This document shows, piece by piece, positions 36,058-47,000 of a stretch of DNA of 64,000 bases. Position 1 is the first letter of the stretch; every line of letters begins with the position of its first letter. This stretch comes from Balneolales bacterium (GTDB lineage: Bacteria > Bacteroidota > Rhodothermia > Balneolales > HLUCCA01). The position numbers were made by a program, and so were the translations under genes. The DNA is taken from contig JANJTJ010000093.1 of NCBI GenBank assembly GCA_024711145.1, positions 4,806 through 68,805 on the forward strand. The letters run 5' to 3'. The notes beneath the pieces were generated by a model that worked only from the letters and a program-made list of their open reading frames with translations, was not told the origin of the DNA and ran no database searches.

Positions 36058-37998
36058 ATGTCCGACGAGCAGAAAGAAACCCCCAAGCCCAAACCCAAAC
36101 CCATTTCACCCGGCAAAGGTCCGAAAGTATCCATCTGGATCTACCTGGGCGTTCTGTTGGTGCTACTGACCATCCATTCCCTGTTCGTGATGCCGGGTGC
36201 GAGCAACCGCATCTCCTATTCCGAATTTCTGGGATTGGTGCGCAACGGCCATGTGGCCGAGGTGGTCATCATCAACGAGATCAACATCGAAGGCACCTAT
36301 ACCCAGGCCGCGCTCGATTCGGGGATCGTCAAACAACCCGAACAGCCGCAATCCCGGTTCAATGTGGAGCAGGCCGCCCCGGTGAACAAATTCACCACCA
36401 CCATGATCCAGGGCGACGACATCCGGCCCATACTGGATGAAGCCGGTGTGAAATACGACGCCCGGGTCGAGGAGAACTGGATGGGTGGGTTGTTCTCCTG
36501 GCTCATCTTCCTGGTGGTGATCGTGGCGTTCTGGATGTTCATGTTCCGCCGCATGAATCCCGGCCAGCAGGTGCTCAACATCGGCAAGAACAAGGCCATG
36601 CTGTACGACAAGGCCAGCGAGGGCAAAGTCACCTTCAAGGATGTGGCCGGCCTCGACGAAGCCAAGGAGGAAGTGCAGGAAGTGGTCGAATTCCTGCGCA
36701 ATCCCAAAAAATTCACCAAACTGGGGGGTTCCATTCCGAAAGGGGTGCTCCTGGTGGGCCCGCCCGGCACGGGCAAGACCCTGATGGCCAAAGCCACCGC
36801 AGGCGAGGCCGACGTGCCCTTCTTCAGCCTGAGCGGATCCGATTTCGTGGAGATGTTCGTCGGCGTGGGGGCCGCCCGCGTGCGCGACCTGTTCAAGCAG
36901 GCCAAAGAGAAGGCGCCTTGCATCATCTTCATCGACGAGATCGACGCCATCGGGCGCATGCGCGGCCGCAACGCCATGACCGGCTCCAACGACGAGCGCG
37001 AGAACACGCTCAACCAGTTGTTGTCGGAAATGGACGGGTTCGGCACCGACAAGGGTGTGATCCTGATGGCGGCCACCAACCGCCCCGACATCCTCGATTC
37101 GGCCCTGCTGAGACCGGGCCGCTTCGACCGCCAGATCCTCATCGACAAACCCGACCTGAAGGGGCGCATGGAGATCCTGTCGGTCCACATCCAGAAGATC
37201 AAGACCGGCAGCGATGTGGATCTGAAGGCGTTGGCGTCGCAAACACCGGGTTTCGCCGGTGCCGAACTGGCCAACATGTGCAACGAGGCCGCCCTCATGG
37301 CCGCCCGCCGCAACAAGGAACAAGTGGAGATGATCGATTTCCAGGACGCCATCGAACGGGTGGTGGCCGGCCTCGAGAAGAAGAACAAGATCATCTCGGC
37401 GGATGAACGCGAAATCGTGGCCTATCACGAATCGGGGCATGCCATCGTGGGCTGGTTCCTGGAGCATACCGACAACGTGACCAAGGTGAGCATTGTGCCC
37501 CGCGGGTTCGCCGCTTTGGGGTATACCCTGCACACCCCCCTGGAAGACCGGTTCCTGATGACCAAAGAACAACTGAACGACCGCATCTGCTCGTTGCTGG
37601 GTGGTCGGGTGGCCGAAGACATCATCTTCGGCAAGGTATCTACCGGCGCGCAGAACGACCTGGAACGCATCACCAACATGGCCTTCAGCATGGTGGCCGT
37701 CTATGGCATGAGCGAGGAGCTGGGCAATGTGAGTTTCTACGACTCGCAGAATCCGGATACCACCTTCGGCTTCAACAAACGGTATTCCGAAGACACGGCC
37801 CGGAAGATCGACGAGACGGTGAAACGGGTGATCCAGGAGAATTACGCCCGTACCAAGGAGCTGCTGCAAGAGAAGCGGGAACTGTTGGAAACCATGGCGA
37901 AAACCCTCCTGGAGAAAGAGGTATTGACCACCGCCGACCTGGAAGTGATGTTGGGTCCGCGCCCCTTCGCGCGTCCCGACCACGAAGCCCTGGCGTAA
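36058..37998 (+). CDS. ftsH: ATP-dependent zinc metalloprotease FtsH
   Basis: 646 aa. [25 protein letters not shown] region [20 protein letters not shown], and zinc site HESGHAIV. Confidence 0.97.
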   Translation: MSDEQKETPKPKPKPISPGKGPKVSIWIYLGVLLVLLTIHSLFVMPGASNRISYSEFLGLVRNGHVAEVVIINEINIEGTYTQAALDSGIVKQPEQPQSRFNVEQAAPVNKFTTTMIQGDDIRPILDEAGVKYDARVEENWMGGLFSWLIFLVVIVAFWMFMFRRMNPGQQVLNIGKNKAMLYDKASEGKVTFKDVAGLDEAKEEVQEVVEFLRNPKKFTKLGGSIPKGVLLVGPPGTGKTLMAKATAGEADVPFFSLSGSDFVEMFVGVGAARVRDLFKQAKEKAPCIIFIDEIDAIGRMRGRNAMTGSNDERENTLNQLLSEMDGFGTDKGVILMAATNRPDILDSALLRPGRFDRQILIDKPDLKGRMEILSVHIQKIKTGSDVDLKALASQTPGFAGAELANMCNEAALMAARRNKEQVEMIDFQDAIERVVAGLEKKNKIISADEREIVAYHESGHAIVGWFLEHTDNVTKVSIVPRGFAALGYTLHTPLEDRFLMTKEQLNDRICSLLGGRVAEDIIFGKVSTGAQNDLERITNMAFSMVAVYGMSEELGNVSFYDSQNPDTTFGFNKRYSEDTARKIDETVKRVIQENYARTKELLQEKRELLETMAKTLLEKEVLTTADLEVMLGPRPFARPDHEALA

Positions 37999-38051
37999 CG
38001 GTTTCTTAACGCGGCCGAAACGTTCGCAGAACATGGCAGGGGTAACCTTGG

Positions 38052-40943
38052 GTGTCCGAAACCCAAGACACCCTGCCATACTCTTCTGTGAACACGCGTC
38101 AACTTCTTCTGCTGCTTATCGGGTGCGGTCTGTTTCTGTCTGAAACCGGAAACCTGCACGCCCAAGCCACCGGCCGGATCACCGGCACCCTGACAGACGC
38201 CTCCAACGGCGAAACGCTCTTCGGAGCCAACATCCTGGTCGAGGGCACCACCCGGGGCACCACGACCGATTTCGAGGGGGCCTACACGCTCTCCAACCTC
38301 GAACCGGGCACCTACACCCTGGTGTACCGCTACATCACCTACGCCACGAAAACCGTTACCGGTATCGTGGTGAAGGCCGGTGAAGCCACACGGGTGGATG
38401 TGGCCTTGCAGCCCGAAGCCGTCGGCCTGGGCGAGATCACCATCACCGCCGACGCCAACCGGGAATCCGCCGCCTCGCTGCTGGCCATCCAGCGCCGTTC
38501 GGTAGCCTTCCAGGACGGCTTGTCCATCGAACAGATCTCGCGGACAGGCTCCTCCAACGTGGCCGACGCCATGACCAAGGTGGTCGGGGCCAGCGTGGTG
38601 GACGGCAAATACGTGTTCGTCAGGGGCCTGGGCGACCGCTACTCCAGCACCCACCTGAACGGCATGGAGCTGCCCAGCGCCGACCCCGACAAAAAGGCGT
38701 TCCAGTTGGATCTGATACCCTCCCGCCTGCTGGACAACGTGGTCACCCTCAAAACCTTCACCCCGGACCGACCCGGCAATTTCTCCGGCGGCCTGGTGGA
38801 TGTGGCCACCAAACAGTTCCCCGAGAACTACACCTTCAGCTTCTCCATGTCGAGCAGCTACAACAACCTGTCCACCTTCGACAACGGGTTGTTGCCCCAA
38901 CGCAGCTCCACCGATTGGTTGGGTTATGATGACGGCATGCGCGCCCTGCCCGCCGAGTTGCGCGGTTCGCCGAGCATACCGGCGCATATCCAAGCCCAAT
39001 TCGATGGCGCCAAAGCCGCCGAGCTGGACCGCTACAGCCGCGCCTTCAATGCCGAGATGGCGGCAGGTCCGGTGCGCGTACCGCTCAACCGCAGCTTCTC
39101 ATTGACCATAGGCAACCAGCACGGTACCCGCATCGGCCAGTTCGGCTACGTGTTCGGTGGTTCCTACAACCGCCATACCTCGTCCTACGCCGACGGGCAG
39201 GTGGGCATCTACAAATTGGTAGGCGACCTGGACCAAGCCGACGGCCTCACCCCGGTTAACGCCATGACCGACGCCAAAACCTCGGAATCGGTGGATATCG
39301 GTCTGCTGGGCTCGGTTTCCTACCGGATCAACCCATACAACCGCGTCACCTTCAATGCGGTGCGCACCCAAAGCGGTACCTCCACCGGCCGCTACATCCA
39401 GGGGTTCTGGGACGAAACCAACGAAGCCGACTTCCAAGCCTATGAATCGCGTGTGATCGAATACACCCAACGCGCGCTCGGTTCCTACCAACTGCAAGGG
39501 CGGCACATGGTTGAGGCCTTGGGTAATCTGGATGTGGATTGGAACCTGTCGCTGGCCCGCAACAGCCAGGACCAACCCGACCTCAGATACCTGGAGAACG
39601 GGGTACTCGACAACGGAAACGGAGAAAGCACCTATTCCTTGTCGGCCGGACTGTTCCAGCGGCCGGCCCGGTTTTTCCGCGAATTGGATGAGGAAAACCG
39701 CATCGCCAGCCTCGACCTGACCTACCCGGCGCGTACCAAACAGGGCCAGTTCAAGATCAAGGCCGGGGGATATGCCCAGGGGGTGAACCGGGTGTTCCGC
39801 GAGAACCGGTTCGACATCTACCAAGGTCGCAGTTCGGCCACCTTCACCGATTTCGACCTGGATTGGAACCGGTATTTCGCCCACGCCGGTGTGGTGGACA
39901 CCACCAACCGATATGTGTTCGGCAACTACGTGGTGGACGCCTCCAACCCCAAAAACAGCTACGATGCCGACAGCGAGACCTACGCCGGCTATCTGATGAC
40001 CGAGCTGCCCATCGGCGCCTTGCGCCTGGTAGGTGGTGTACGGGTGGAAAACGCCCGAATCCGGTCTGCCAGCCGCGACACCACCCTCGGAGTGGGTCGA
40101 TTGGATGATACCGACCTATTGCCCAGCCTCACGGCCATCTACGCCCTCAGCGAGAACACCAACCTACGCCTGGCCTATACCCACACCGTGGCGCGACCCA
40201 CGTTCCGGGAACTGGCGCCCTACGCCACCTTCGATTTCTACGGGTCGTTCGTGTTCACCGGCAACGACACCCTCTCGCGCACCCTCATCCGCAACATGGA
40301 CATCCGGTACGAGTGGTATCCCAATCCCGGCGAACTCATCGCGGTGAGCGCCTTCCACAAGGAACTCGACCAACCCATCGAACGGGCCATACGTCCGGAA
40401 GTCAACAAGAACATGACCGTGCAGAACGTGGCCACAGGCCGGGTGTCGGGCATCGAATTCGAAATCCGCAAGAACCTGGGCTTCCTGCACGACCGGTTGG
40501 GCAATTTCGCCATCGCCAGCAACTATACCGTGGTCCGGTCTTCCGTGGACATACCGGCCAACGAGTTGTACAACATCCGTGTCTCGGATCCCGACGCGCC
40601 GGCCACCCGAAGCCTGGCCGGGCAGTCTCCCTTCATACTGAACGTGGACCTGGCCTATGAGAACCGCCGCAGCGGCTTCTCGGGCGACCTCACCTTCAAC
40701 CGGTTCGGCGACCGCCTGCATGCGGTTTCCATCGGTGCGGCCCCCGACATCTACGAACGGGGCACCAGTTCCCTGGACCTGATGCTGCGCCAGCGGGTGG
40801 GCCGCCTCCAATTCTCGGCTTCGGCCAAGAACCTGCTCGATTCGGAAGTCCGATTCACGCAGGAGTTCAACGGTCGTTCCTTCGCAACCCAACAATACCG
40901 AACGGGACGCACCTTCACCCTGGGAGTCAGCTACTCCATCTGA
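38052..40943 (+). CDS. TonB-dependent receptor with N-terminal carboxypeptidase-regulatory-like domain
   Basis: GTG start at 38052 (uncertain). Signal region LLLLLIGCGLFLSETGNLHAQA. GRITGTLTD..GE.L.GANILVEGT is CarbopepD_reg-like. Plug motifs FVRGLGDRYSSTHLNGMELPSADP...LDLIPS. Long barrel ending TFTLGVSYSI. Confidence 0.85.
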   Translation: MSETQDTLPYSSVNTRQLLLLLIGCGLFLSETGNLHAQATGRITGTLTDASNGETLFGANILVEGTTRGTTTDFEGAYTLSNLEPGTYTLVYRYITYATKTVTGIVVKAGEATRVDVALQPEAVGLGEITITADANRESAASLLAIQRRSVAFQDGLSIEQISRTGSSNVADAMTKVVGASVVDGKYVFVRGLGDRYSSTHLNGMELPSADPDKKAFQLDLIPSRLLDNVVTLKTFTPDRPGNFSGGLVDVATKQFPENYTFSFSMSSSYNNLSTFDNGLLPQRSSTDWLGYDDGMRALPAELRGSPSIPAHIQAQFDGAKAAELDRYSRAFNAEMAAGPVRVPLNRSFSLTIGNQHGTRIGQFGYVFGGSYNRHTSSYADGQVGIYKLVGDLDQADGLTPVNAMTDAKTSESVDIGLLGSVSYRINPYNRVTFNAVRTQSGTSTGRYIQGFWDETNEADFQAYESRVIEYTQRALGSYQLQGRHMVEALGNLDVDWNLSLARNSQDQPDLRYLENGVLDNGNGESTYSLSAGLFQRPARFFRELDEENRIASLDLTYPARTKQGQFKIKAGGYAQGVNRVFRENRFDIYQGRSSATFTDFDLDWNRYFAHAGVVDTTNRYVFGNYVVDASNPKNSYDADSETYAGYLMTELPIGALRLVGGVRVENARIRSASRDTTLGVGRLDDTDLLPSLTAIYALSENTNLRLAYTHTVARPTFRELAPYATFDFYGSFVFTGNDTLSRTLIRNMDIRYEWYPNPGELIAVSAFHKELDQPIERAIRPEVNKNMTVQNVATGRVSGIEFEIRKNLGFLHDRLGNFAIASNYTVVRSSVDIPANELYNIRVSDPDAPATRSLAGQSPFILNVDLAYENRRSGFSGDLTFNRFGDRLHAVSIGAAPDIYERGTSSLDLMLRQRVGRLQFSASAKNLLDSEVRFTQEFNGRSFATQQYRTGRTFTLGVSYSI

Positions 40944-40965
40944 TTCCGAAACCCACACCCAACCC

Positions 40966-42639
40966 ATGTTGAAACGCCTACTCCTCCTCGCGCTCGCCGT
41001 CGTACCCATGACGGCCCTGGCACAAACCACCGTCGAAGTCCGCAATGCGGATTTCGCAACCGACACGGACTACTACTGGACCGCCGACAACGTGTACAAC
41101 GTCAAGGACATGGTCTATGTGAAACCCGGCAGCCGCCTGTTCATCGAAGCCGGCACGGTGGTCAAGTTCGACCTGGGAGTAGGCAACGAGGCCACAGGCC
41201 TGGTGATCACCCGCGGCGCGCAGATCTTCGCCGAAGGCACCGCCGACCGGCCGATCATCATGACCTCGGTGCAGGACAACCTGGCCGGCAACCTGGACAA
41301 AGACGACCGCGGCCTGTGGGGCGGACTCATCGTGCTCGGCGCGGCCTCCACCAACAACCCCAGCCCGGGCGGCGTGCGCCTCATCGAAGGCCTCAACGAG
41401 ATCGCCAACCCGCAATCCCTGGCCGAATACGGCGGGTCCGACGATGACGACAACTCCGGTGTGATCCGCTACGTGTCCATCCGGCACACGGGCATCGCCA
41501 TCGGCGACGTGGCCGGCAACGAGATCCAAGGCCTGACCATGGGCGGCGTGGGTCGCGGCACCACGGTCGAATATGTCGAATCGTTCGCCAGCGACGACGA
41601 CGGCTTCGAGTGGTTCGGCGGCACGGTGGACGCCAAGTACCTGGTCTCCGCCTTCAACAGCGACGACGCCTTCGACTGGGATGAGGGCTTCCGCGGCCGC
41701 GGCCAGTTCTGGTTCGCCATCCAGGCGCAAGGCGAAGGCGGCTTCGGCCGGGGCATGGAGCTCGACGGAGCCATCGGCGACGAGAACACCACGCCCTTCG
41801 CCATACCGGTGCTCAGCAACATCACCATCCTGGGTGCGGGCACGAGCATCGTAGGTGCCAATGCCGGCGACGGCGGCCAGCTGCTCATCCTGCGCGACAA
41901 CTCTGGCGGCAAATTCCACAACTCCATCTTCGGCGAGCACCATGCCACGGGCGTGTCGGTCGAGGACGTGGGCAGCACCACCGAATTCGACTCGCGCCGC
42001 CGCCTGGAAGCCGGCGACATCGTCTTCCGCAACAACATCTGGTACGGCTTCGGTGCCGGCGACCAAGTAGCCCAGTTCGCTCCCCAAGCCTATGTGAACG
42101 CCTACCTGGGCGACCCCGCCAACGCCAACCGCGTCACCAACCCCCTGCTGCGCTCCATCTCCCGCACCAACGACGGTGGATTGGATCCGCGGCCGGTAAC
42201 CGGTTCACTCACGTTGACCACCGGCCAGACCATGACCGACACCTGGTTCGATGCCGTCGAGCACGTGGGTGCCTTCGGTCGGTACAACTGGATGAAAGAC
42301 TGGACCGCACTGGACGAAAAAGGCTATCTGGCCGCCGGATCGCCCACCGACATCGAGTCGGACAACCGCGACCAGGCCGAAGGATTCGAACTGGGCAACT
42401 TCCCAAATCCCTTCAACCCGACCACCCAAATCCGCTACACACTGTCCGTCACAAGCCATACCCGGTTGGCCGTGTACGACCTCATGGGACGTGAAGTAGC
42501 CGTACTGGTGGATGGTGTCATGTCGGCGGGGCAACATCAAGTCACCTTCGATGCCACCGGCTTGTCCTCCGGCATGTACCTGTACCGCCTCACCACCGGA
42601 AACACCCAAATGACGCAGAAGATGTTGCTGATGAAATAG
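40966..42639 (+). CDS. Secreted protein with duplicated DD.F(E/D)W motif region and T9SS C-terminal sorting domain; family unknown
   Basis: Signal peptide MLKRLLLLALAVVPMTALAQ. Central SDDDGFEWFGGTVDAKYLVSAFNSDDAFDWDEGFRGRGQFWF. C-terminal FPNPFNPTTQIRY...MYLYRL is a T9SS CTD. Begins 22 nt after the TonB-dependent receptor gene. Confidence 0.7.
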   Translation: MLKRLLLLALAVVPMTALAQTTVEVRNADFATDTDYYWTADNVYNVKDMVYVKPGSRLFIEAGTVVKFDLGVGNEATGLVITRGAQIFAEGTADRPIIMTSVQDNLAGNLDKDDRGLWGGLIVLGAASTNNPSPGGVRLIEGLNEIANPQSLAEYGGSDDDDNSGVIRYVSIRHTGIAIGDVAGNEIQGLTMGGVGRGTTVEYVESFASDDDGFEWFGGTVDAKYLVSAFNSDDAFDWDEGFRGRGQFWFAIQAQGEGGFGRGMELDGAIGDENTTPFAIPVLSNITILGAGTSIVGANAGDGGQLLILRDNSGGKFHNSIFGEHHATGVSVEDVGSTTEFDSRRRLEAGDIVFRNNIWYGFGAGDQVAQFAPQAYVNAYLGDPANANRVTNPLLRSISRTNDGGLDPRPVTGSLTLTTGQTMTDTWFDAVEHVGAFGRYNWMKDWTALDEKGYLAAGSPTDIESDNRDQAEGFELGNFPNPFNPTTQIRYTLSVTSHTRLAVYDLMGREVAVLVDGVMSAGQHQVTFDATGLSSGMYLYRLTTGNTQMTQKMLLMK

Positions 42640-42676
42640 GAGTCGCCCACGACCTCTGTTCCGTCCAACAGACTAC

Positions 42677-42711
42677 GGGCGGCAGGTTGACACCTGTCGC
42701 CCGCTTTTTTT
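42677..42711 (+). terminator. Rho-independent terminator after the T9SS-sorted protein gene
   Basis: GGGCGGCAGGT-TGAC-ACCTGTCGCCC (11-bp stem, one G-U pair), then GC and T7 (42705-42711). Confidence 0.8.
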
Positions 42712-42755
42712 ACCGGTTGGGGAATCATCGGGGTATCTTCCGGGTTTACTTGCCT

Positions 42756-43181
42756 GTGACCCTTGTAACCCGCAAAATCCATTTCAACGCCGCCCATAGG
42801 CTGCACAACCCCGCCCGTTCCGACGAGTGGAACCGGGAGACCTACGGCCCATGCAACCACCCCAACTGGCACGGCCACAATTACGTGCTGGAAGTGACCG
42901 TTGCCGGTGAGCCGGATCCCGAAACCGGGTATCTGATCGATTTGGGCATCCTGAACCGGATTTTGGACGAGCGCATCGTGGCCGCCTGCGACCACAGGAA
43001 CCTGAACCTGGATGTGGATTTCCTGCAAGGCATCATCCCCACAGCCGAAAACCTGGTTCGGGCTTTTTATGCGCGCATCCGCGCTGAGGTGGAAGCCGCG
43101 GCCGCGCCCGGTGCCCGACTCGTGAGTGTGAAATTGTTTGAAACGGAACGCAACGTGGCCGAATACCGGCCCGATGCCTGA
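42756..43181 (+). CDS. queD: 6-carboxy-5,6,7,8-tetrahydropterin synthase (QueD/PTPS family)
   Basis: I prefer the GTG start at 42756 because the track start (42687) lies inside the upstream terminator. ...RKIHFNAAHRLHNP...CNHPNWHGHNYVLEV... Confidence 0.8.
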   Translation: MTLVTRKIHFNAAHRLHNPARSDEWNRETYGPCNHPNWHGHNYVLEVTVAGEPDPETGYLIDLGILNRILDERIVAACDHRNLNLDVDFLQGIIPTAENLVRAFYARIRAEVEAAAAPGARLVSVKLFETERNVAEYRPDA

Positions 43182-43192
43182 AGGAGAACCGC

Positions 43193-44092
43193 ATGTATTC
43201 GACCAACTTGAAACGCCATTACGATCCCACCTTTGTAGCCGACGAGGCCTACCGGGCCACCCTGCCCGACCTGCAGAACGGCCCGGCCTCCCTCATCGAA
43301 GGTGCCAACGTGCCCATCTGCCAAGTGGGCATCTCCGGCTTCCGCCTTCCCCTCCACTACCCCACCCGTGCGGGGCAACGCCTGTTCCTGGAGACCTCGG
43401 TAGACGGTTACGTGAGTCTCGATGCCGGCGTGAAAGGCATCAACATGAGCCGGCTCATGCGCAGTTTCTACAAATTCAAGGACGAACTCTTCCATCAGGA
43501 CGTGCTCGAGTACGTGTTGCGCATGTACCGCGAAGACCTGAAGGCCAAATCGGCCTATGTGCGTCTCAATCTGGAATATCCCATCATCCAGAAATCGCTC
43601 CGCAGCGAAATGGAGGGGTATCAGTACTACACGGTGGGCCACGAAGGGCACATGGACGAGAACGGCCGGTTCCGGCGCATCATGCATCTGGAATTCGTCT
43701 ATTCCAGCGCCTGCCCCTGCAGTTTCGAACTGGCCGAACATGCCCGTGAGACCCGCGAGGTGGTGGCCATTCCGCATTCCCAGCGCAGTGTGGCCTACAT
43801 CACGCTCGAGCTGAACGAAGCCCTCTTCGTGGAAGACCTGGTGGACCTGTGCCGCGACGCCCTGCAGACCGAAACCCAGGTGATGGTGAAGCGGGAAGAC
43901 GAGCAGGCGTTCGCCGAGCTCAACGGCGCCTACCAGAAGTTCGTGGAAGACGCCGCCCGCCTGCTGTTCGAGCGGTTGGACACCCATGCGGCGGTGAAGG
44001 ATTTCGTAGTGCGTTGCGTGCACATGGAATCGCTTCACAGCCACGATGCGGTTTCCCGCATCAACAAAGGGGTGCCCGGCGGTTTACGCTAA
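43193..44092 (+). CDS. folE2: GTP cyclohydrolase I, type 2 (FolE2/GCYH-IB)
   Basis: 299 aa with AGGAGA 7 nt upstream. ...VPICQVGISGFRLPL..., GINMSRLMR and SSACPCS motifs. Confidence 0.85.
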   Translation: MYSTNLKRHYDPTFVADEAYRATLPDLQNGPASLIEGANVPICQVGISGFRLPLHYPTRAGQRLFLETSVDGYVSLDAGVKGINMSRLMRSFYKFKDELFHQDVLEYVLRMYREDLKAKSAYVRLNLEYPIIQKSLRSEMEGYQYYTVGHEGHMDENGRFRRIMHLEFVYSSACPCSFELAEHARETREVVAIPHSQRSVAYITLELNEALFVEDLVDLCRDALQTETQVMVKREDEQAFAELNGAYQKFVEDAARLLFERLDTHAAVKDFVVRCVHMESLHSHDAVSRINKGVPGGLR

Positions 44093-47000
44093 GGCCTGCG
44101 CCACCAGACGGTCTTGCTCCACGGCATGTACCTTGCCCGAACCGGTAGCCGGTGAGGCCGCCGCCGCGCGGCCCACATACCGCAGTTTCTGGGTATCGGT
44201 CAGTTCGTTGAACACCCGGCTGGCGATGTAATGCCAGGCGCCCATGTTCTTGGGCTCTTCCTGGCACCATACCACATCGGTGGCATTGGGGTATTTGCGC
44301 AGCTCGGCCTTCAGGTCGGCATCGGGGAACGGATAGAGCTGTTCCACCCGCGCCAAGGCCACATGCTCCACGTGGTGTTCCTGCTTGTGCTTGAGCAGGT
44401 CGTAGTACACCTTGCCCGAGCAGAAGACCACGCGGGTCACTTTGCTGGCATCGGCTTCGGTATCGGCCAGGAAGGGACTGAACCCGCCGTTGGCCAGATC
44501 CGACGTGCGCGATACCGCCATCGGGTGGCGCAACAGGCTCTTGGGCGACATCACGATCAAGGGCTTCTTCCGGTCTTGCAGCACCTGGCGCCGCAGCAGA
44601 TGGAAGTACTGGGCCGGTGTGGTCACATTCACGACCACCATGTTGTCTTCGGCGCACAATTGCAGGTACCGCTCCAGACGTGCCGAACTGTGCTCGGGGC
44701 CCTGCCCCTCGTACCCGTGCGGCAGCAACATGACCACACTGCTCTGCTGGCCCCATTTGGCTTCCGCCGAGGAGATGAACTGGTCGATGATGATCTGGGC
44801 TCCGTTGCCGAAATCACCGAATTGGGCTTCCCAGATGGTGAGGGCATCCAACCGGGTGGTGCTGTATCCGAATTCGAACCCGAGCACGGCGTACTCGCTC
44901 AGGCTGGAGTTCGATACCCGGTACCGGCCCTGGTCGGCCGACAGATGGTTCAGCGGGATATGCCGCTCCAACGACTCCGTGCCGTGCAGCACGCTGTGCC
45001 GGTGCGAGAACGTGCCCCGCTCCACATCCTGGCCCGATAGGCGCACGTCGCGCCCGTCGGTGAGGATGGATCCGAAGGCCAGGGCTTCGGCGAAACCCCA
45101 TTCGATCTTGGGTTCGTCGTTGGCCACGATCTCCGCCCGTTTGGCCAGAATGCGCAAGAGCTTGGGGTTCGCGTCGAACCCGGTGGGAATGGTGTTGATC
45201 CTTACGGCCAGGTCGGTGAGTCGGTCGAACGCGACCCGCGTGTCGGGCGCCGCCGCCCGCTTGGCCTGGGGCGTGTCGGGCCGGTCGATATACTGCTCCT
45301 TCACTTCGAATGCGGGAGCCGCCTTGGCCTGGGCGAAGGCTTCTTCCAATATGGCGTCGAACTCGCTGACCACGCTGTCCACATCCGCCTGGGCGAGTTC
45401 CTTCTTGAGCACCAGTTCCCGGGCGTAGATCTCGCGCACGGTGGGGTGGCTCTGGATCTCCTTGTACAGGCCGGGTTGGGTGAATGCCGGTTCGTCGCCT
45501 TCGTTGTGGCCGTGTTTGCGGTAGCAGACCAGGTCGACGACGGCGTCTTTGCCGAACCGTTGGCGGTACTCGAACGCCAGGCGGATGGCATGCACGGCCG
45601 CCTCGGGCTCGTCGCCGTTCACATGGAAGATGGGGGCGTCGATGCCCTTGGCCATGTCGGTGGCGTAGGTGGTGGACCGCGCGTCTTTCGGCAGGGTGGT
45701 GAACCCGATCTGGTTGTTGATGATCACATGGATGGTGCCGCCCGTGCGGTACCCGTCCAATTGGCTCATGTTCAGGGTTTCGGCTACCACGCCCTGTCCG
45801 GCGAACGCGGCATCGCCATGGATGAGCAGGGGCAGCACGGCCTCGCGGGCGTCGCTGCTGCCCAGGATGTCTTGCCGGGCACGGGCCGCACCTTCCACAA
45901 CCGGGTTGACCGCCTCCAGATGGCTGGGGTTGGGAAGCAGCTCCAAGCGGATGCGTTCGCCCGCGGCCGTCACATGCTGACCCACCGTGCCCAGGTGGTA
46001 TTTCACGTCGCCCGAGCCGTGGAAATTGCTGGGATCGATGTTTCCTTCGAATTCGGCGAACACCTTGCTATAGGTTTTGCCCATGGTGTTCACCAACACG
46101 TTGAGCCGGCCCCGGTGGGCCATACCCAGGATCATCTCCTTCACACCGGCCTTGCCCGCATCCTCCAGCATGAAATGCAACATGGGGATGAGGGTGTCGG
46201 CCCCCTCGAGCGAGAACCGTTTCTGACCGACGAACTTCTTGTGCAGGAATTCCTCGAAGGCGCTGGCGTGGTTCAACTTGCGCAGGATGGTGCGGCGGTC
46301 TTCCTTGCTGAGGGCCGGCGTGTTGGCCGTGGTCTCCATGCGCTCACGCAACCAGTGGCGCTCGTCGCTGTCGTTGATGTGGTTGTACTCGACGCCGATC
46401 TTCCAGGCATAGGTGTCGCGCAGCAACTGGATGATCTCGCGCAGGGTGGCTTTCTCCTTGCCGCCCAACCCGCCGCAGTAGAACACCCGGTCCAGGTCCC
46501 ACATGGTCAGCCCGAAATTCGCCAGATCCAGCTCCTCGTTGTAGGCCGCATCCCGCTTGAGGGGGTTGATGTCGGCCAGCACGTGCCCCTTGGCCCGGTA
46601 GGTGTAGATGAGCTGGATGACGGCGATGGCCTTCTTGTTCACCTCGCCGGTGGCCCCGTTGAACAGCCCGGTGTTGATGTCGGACCCGCGCCGCACCGGC
46701 ATGTAGGGGATTTCCAGGTCGGCGAAGATGCCGTCGTAGAAGTCGCGGTCGCCGGTCAGATATTCGTGCACCCGCGCCAGGAAGGCACCCGATTCGGCGC
46801 CCTGGATGATGCGGTGGTCGTAGGTGCAGGTCATGGTCATGACCTTTGAGATACCCAGTTCGTTCAGTACGTCCTGGCTCATGGCCTGGAACTCGGCCGG
46901 GTAGTTCATGGAACCCGTGGCGATGATGGCGCCTTGCCCGCGCATCAGGCGGGGCACACTGCTCACAGTACCCAAGGTGCCCGGATTCGTGATGCTGATG

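Noticed and set aside
36163-38079. 638-aa minus-strand ORF opposite ftsH
   Set aside because: FtsH is unambiguous on the plus strand (Walker A/B, SRH, HEXXH). The antisense frame has no motifs.
42640-42755. Possible preQ1 riboswitch upstream of queD
   Set aside because: The gap is largely taken up by a terminator hairpin and T-run belonging to the upstream gene. I could not see a preQ1-type small hairpin with an A-rich tail. An Rfam scan would settle it.
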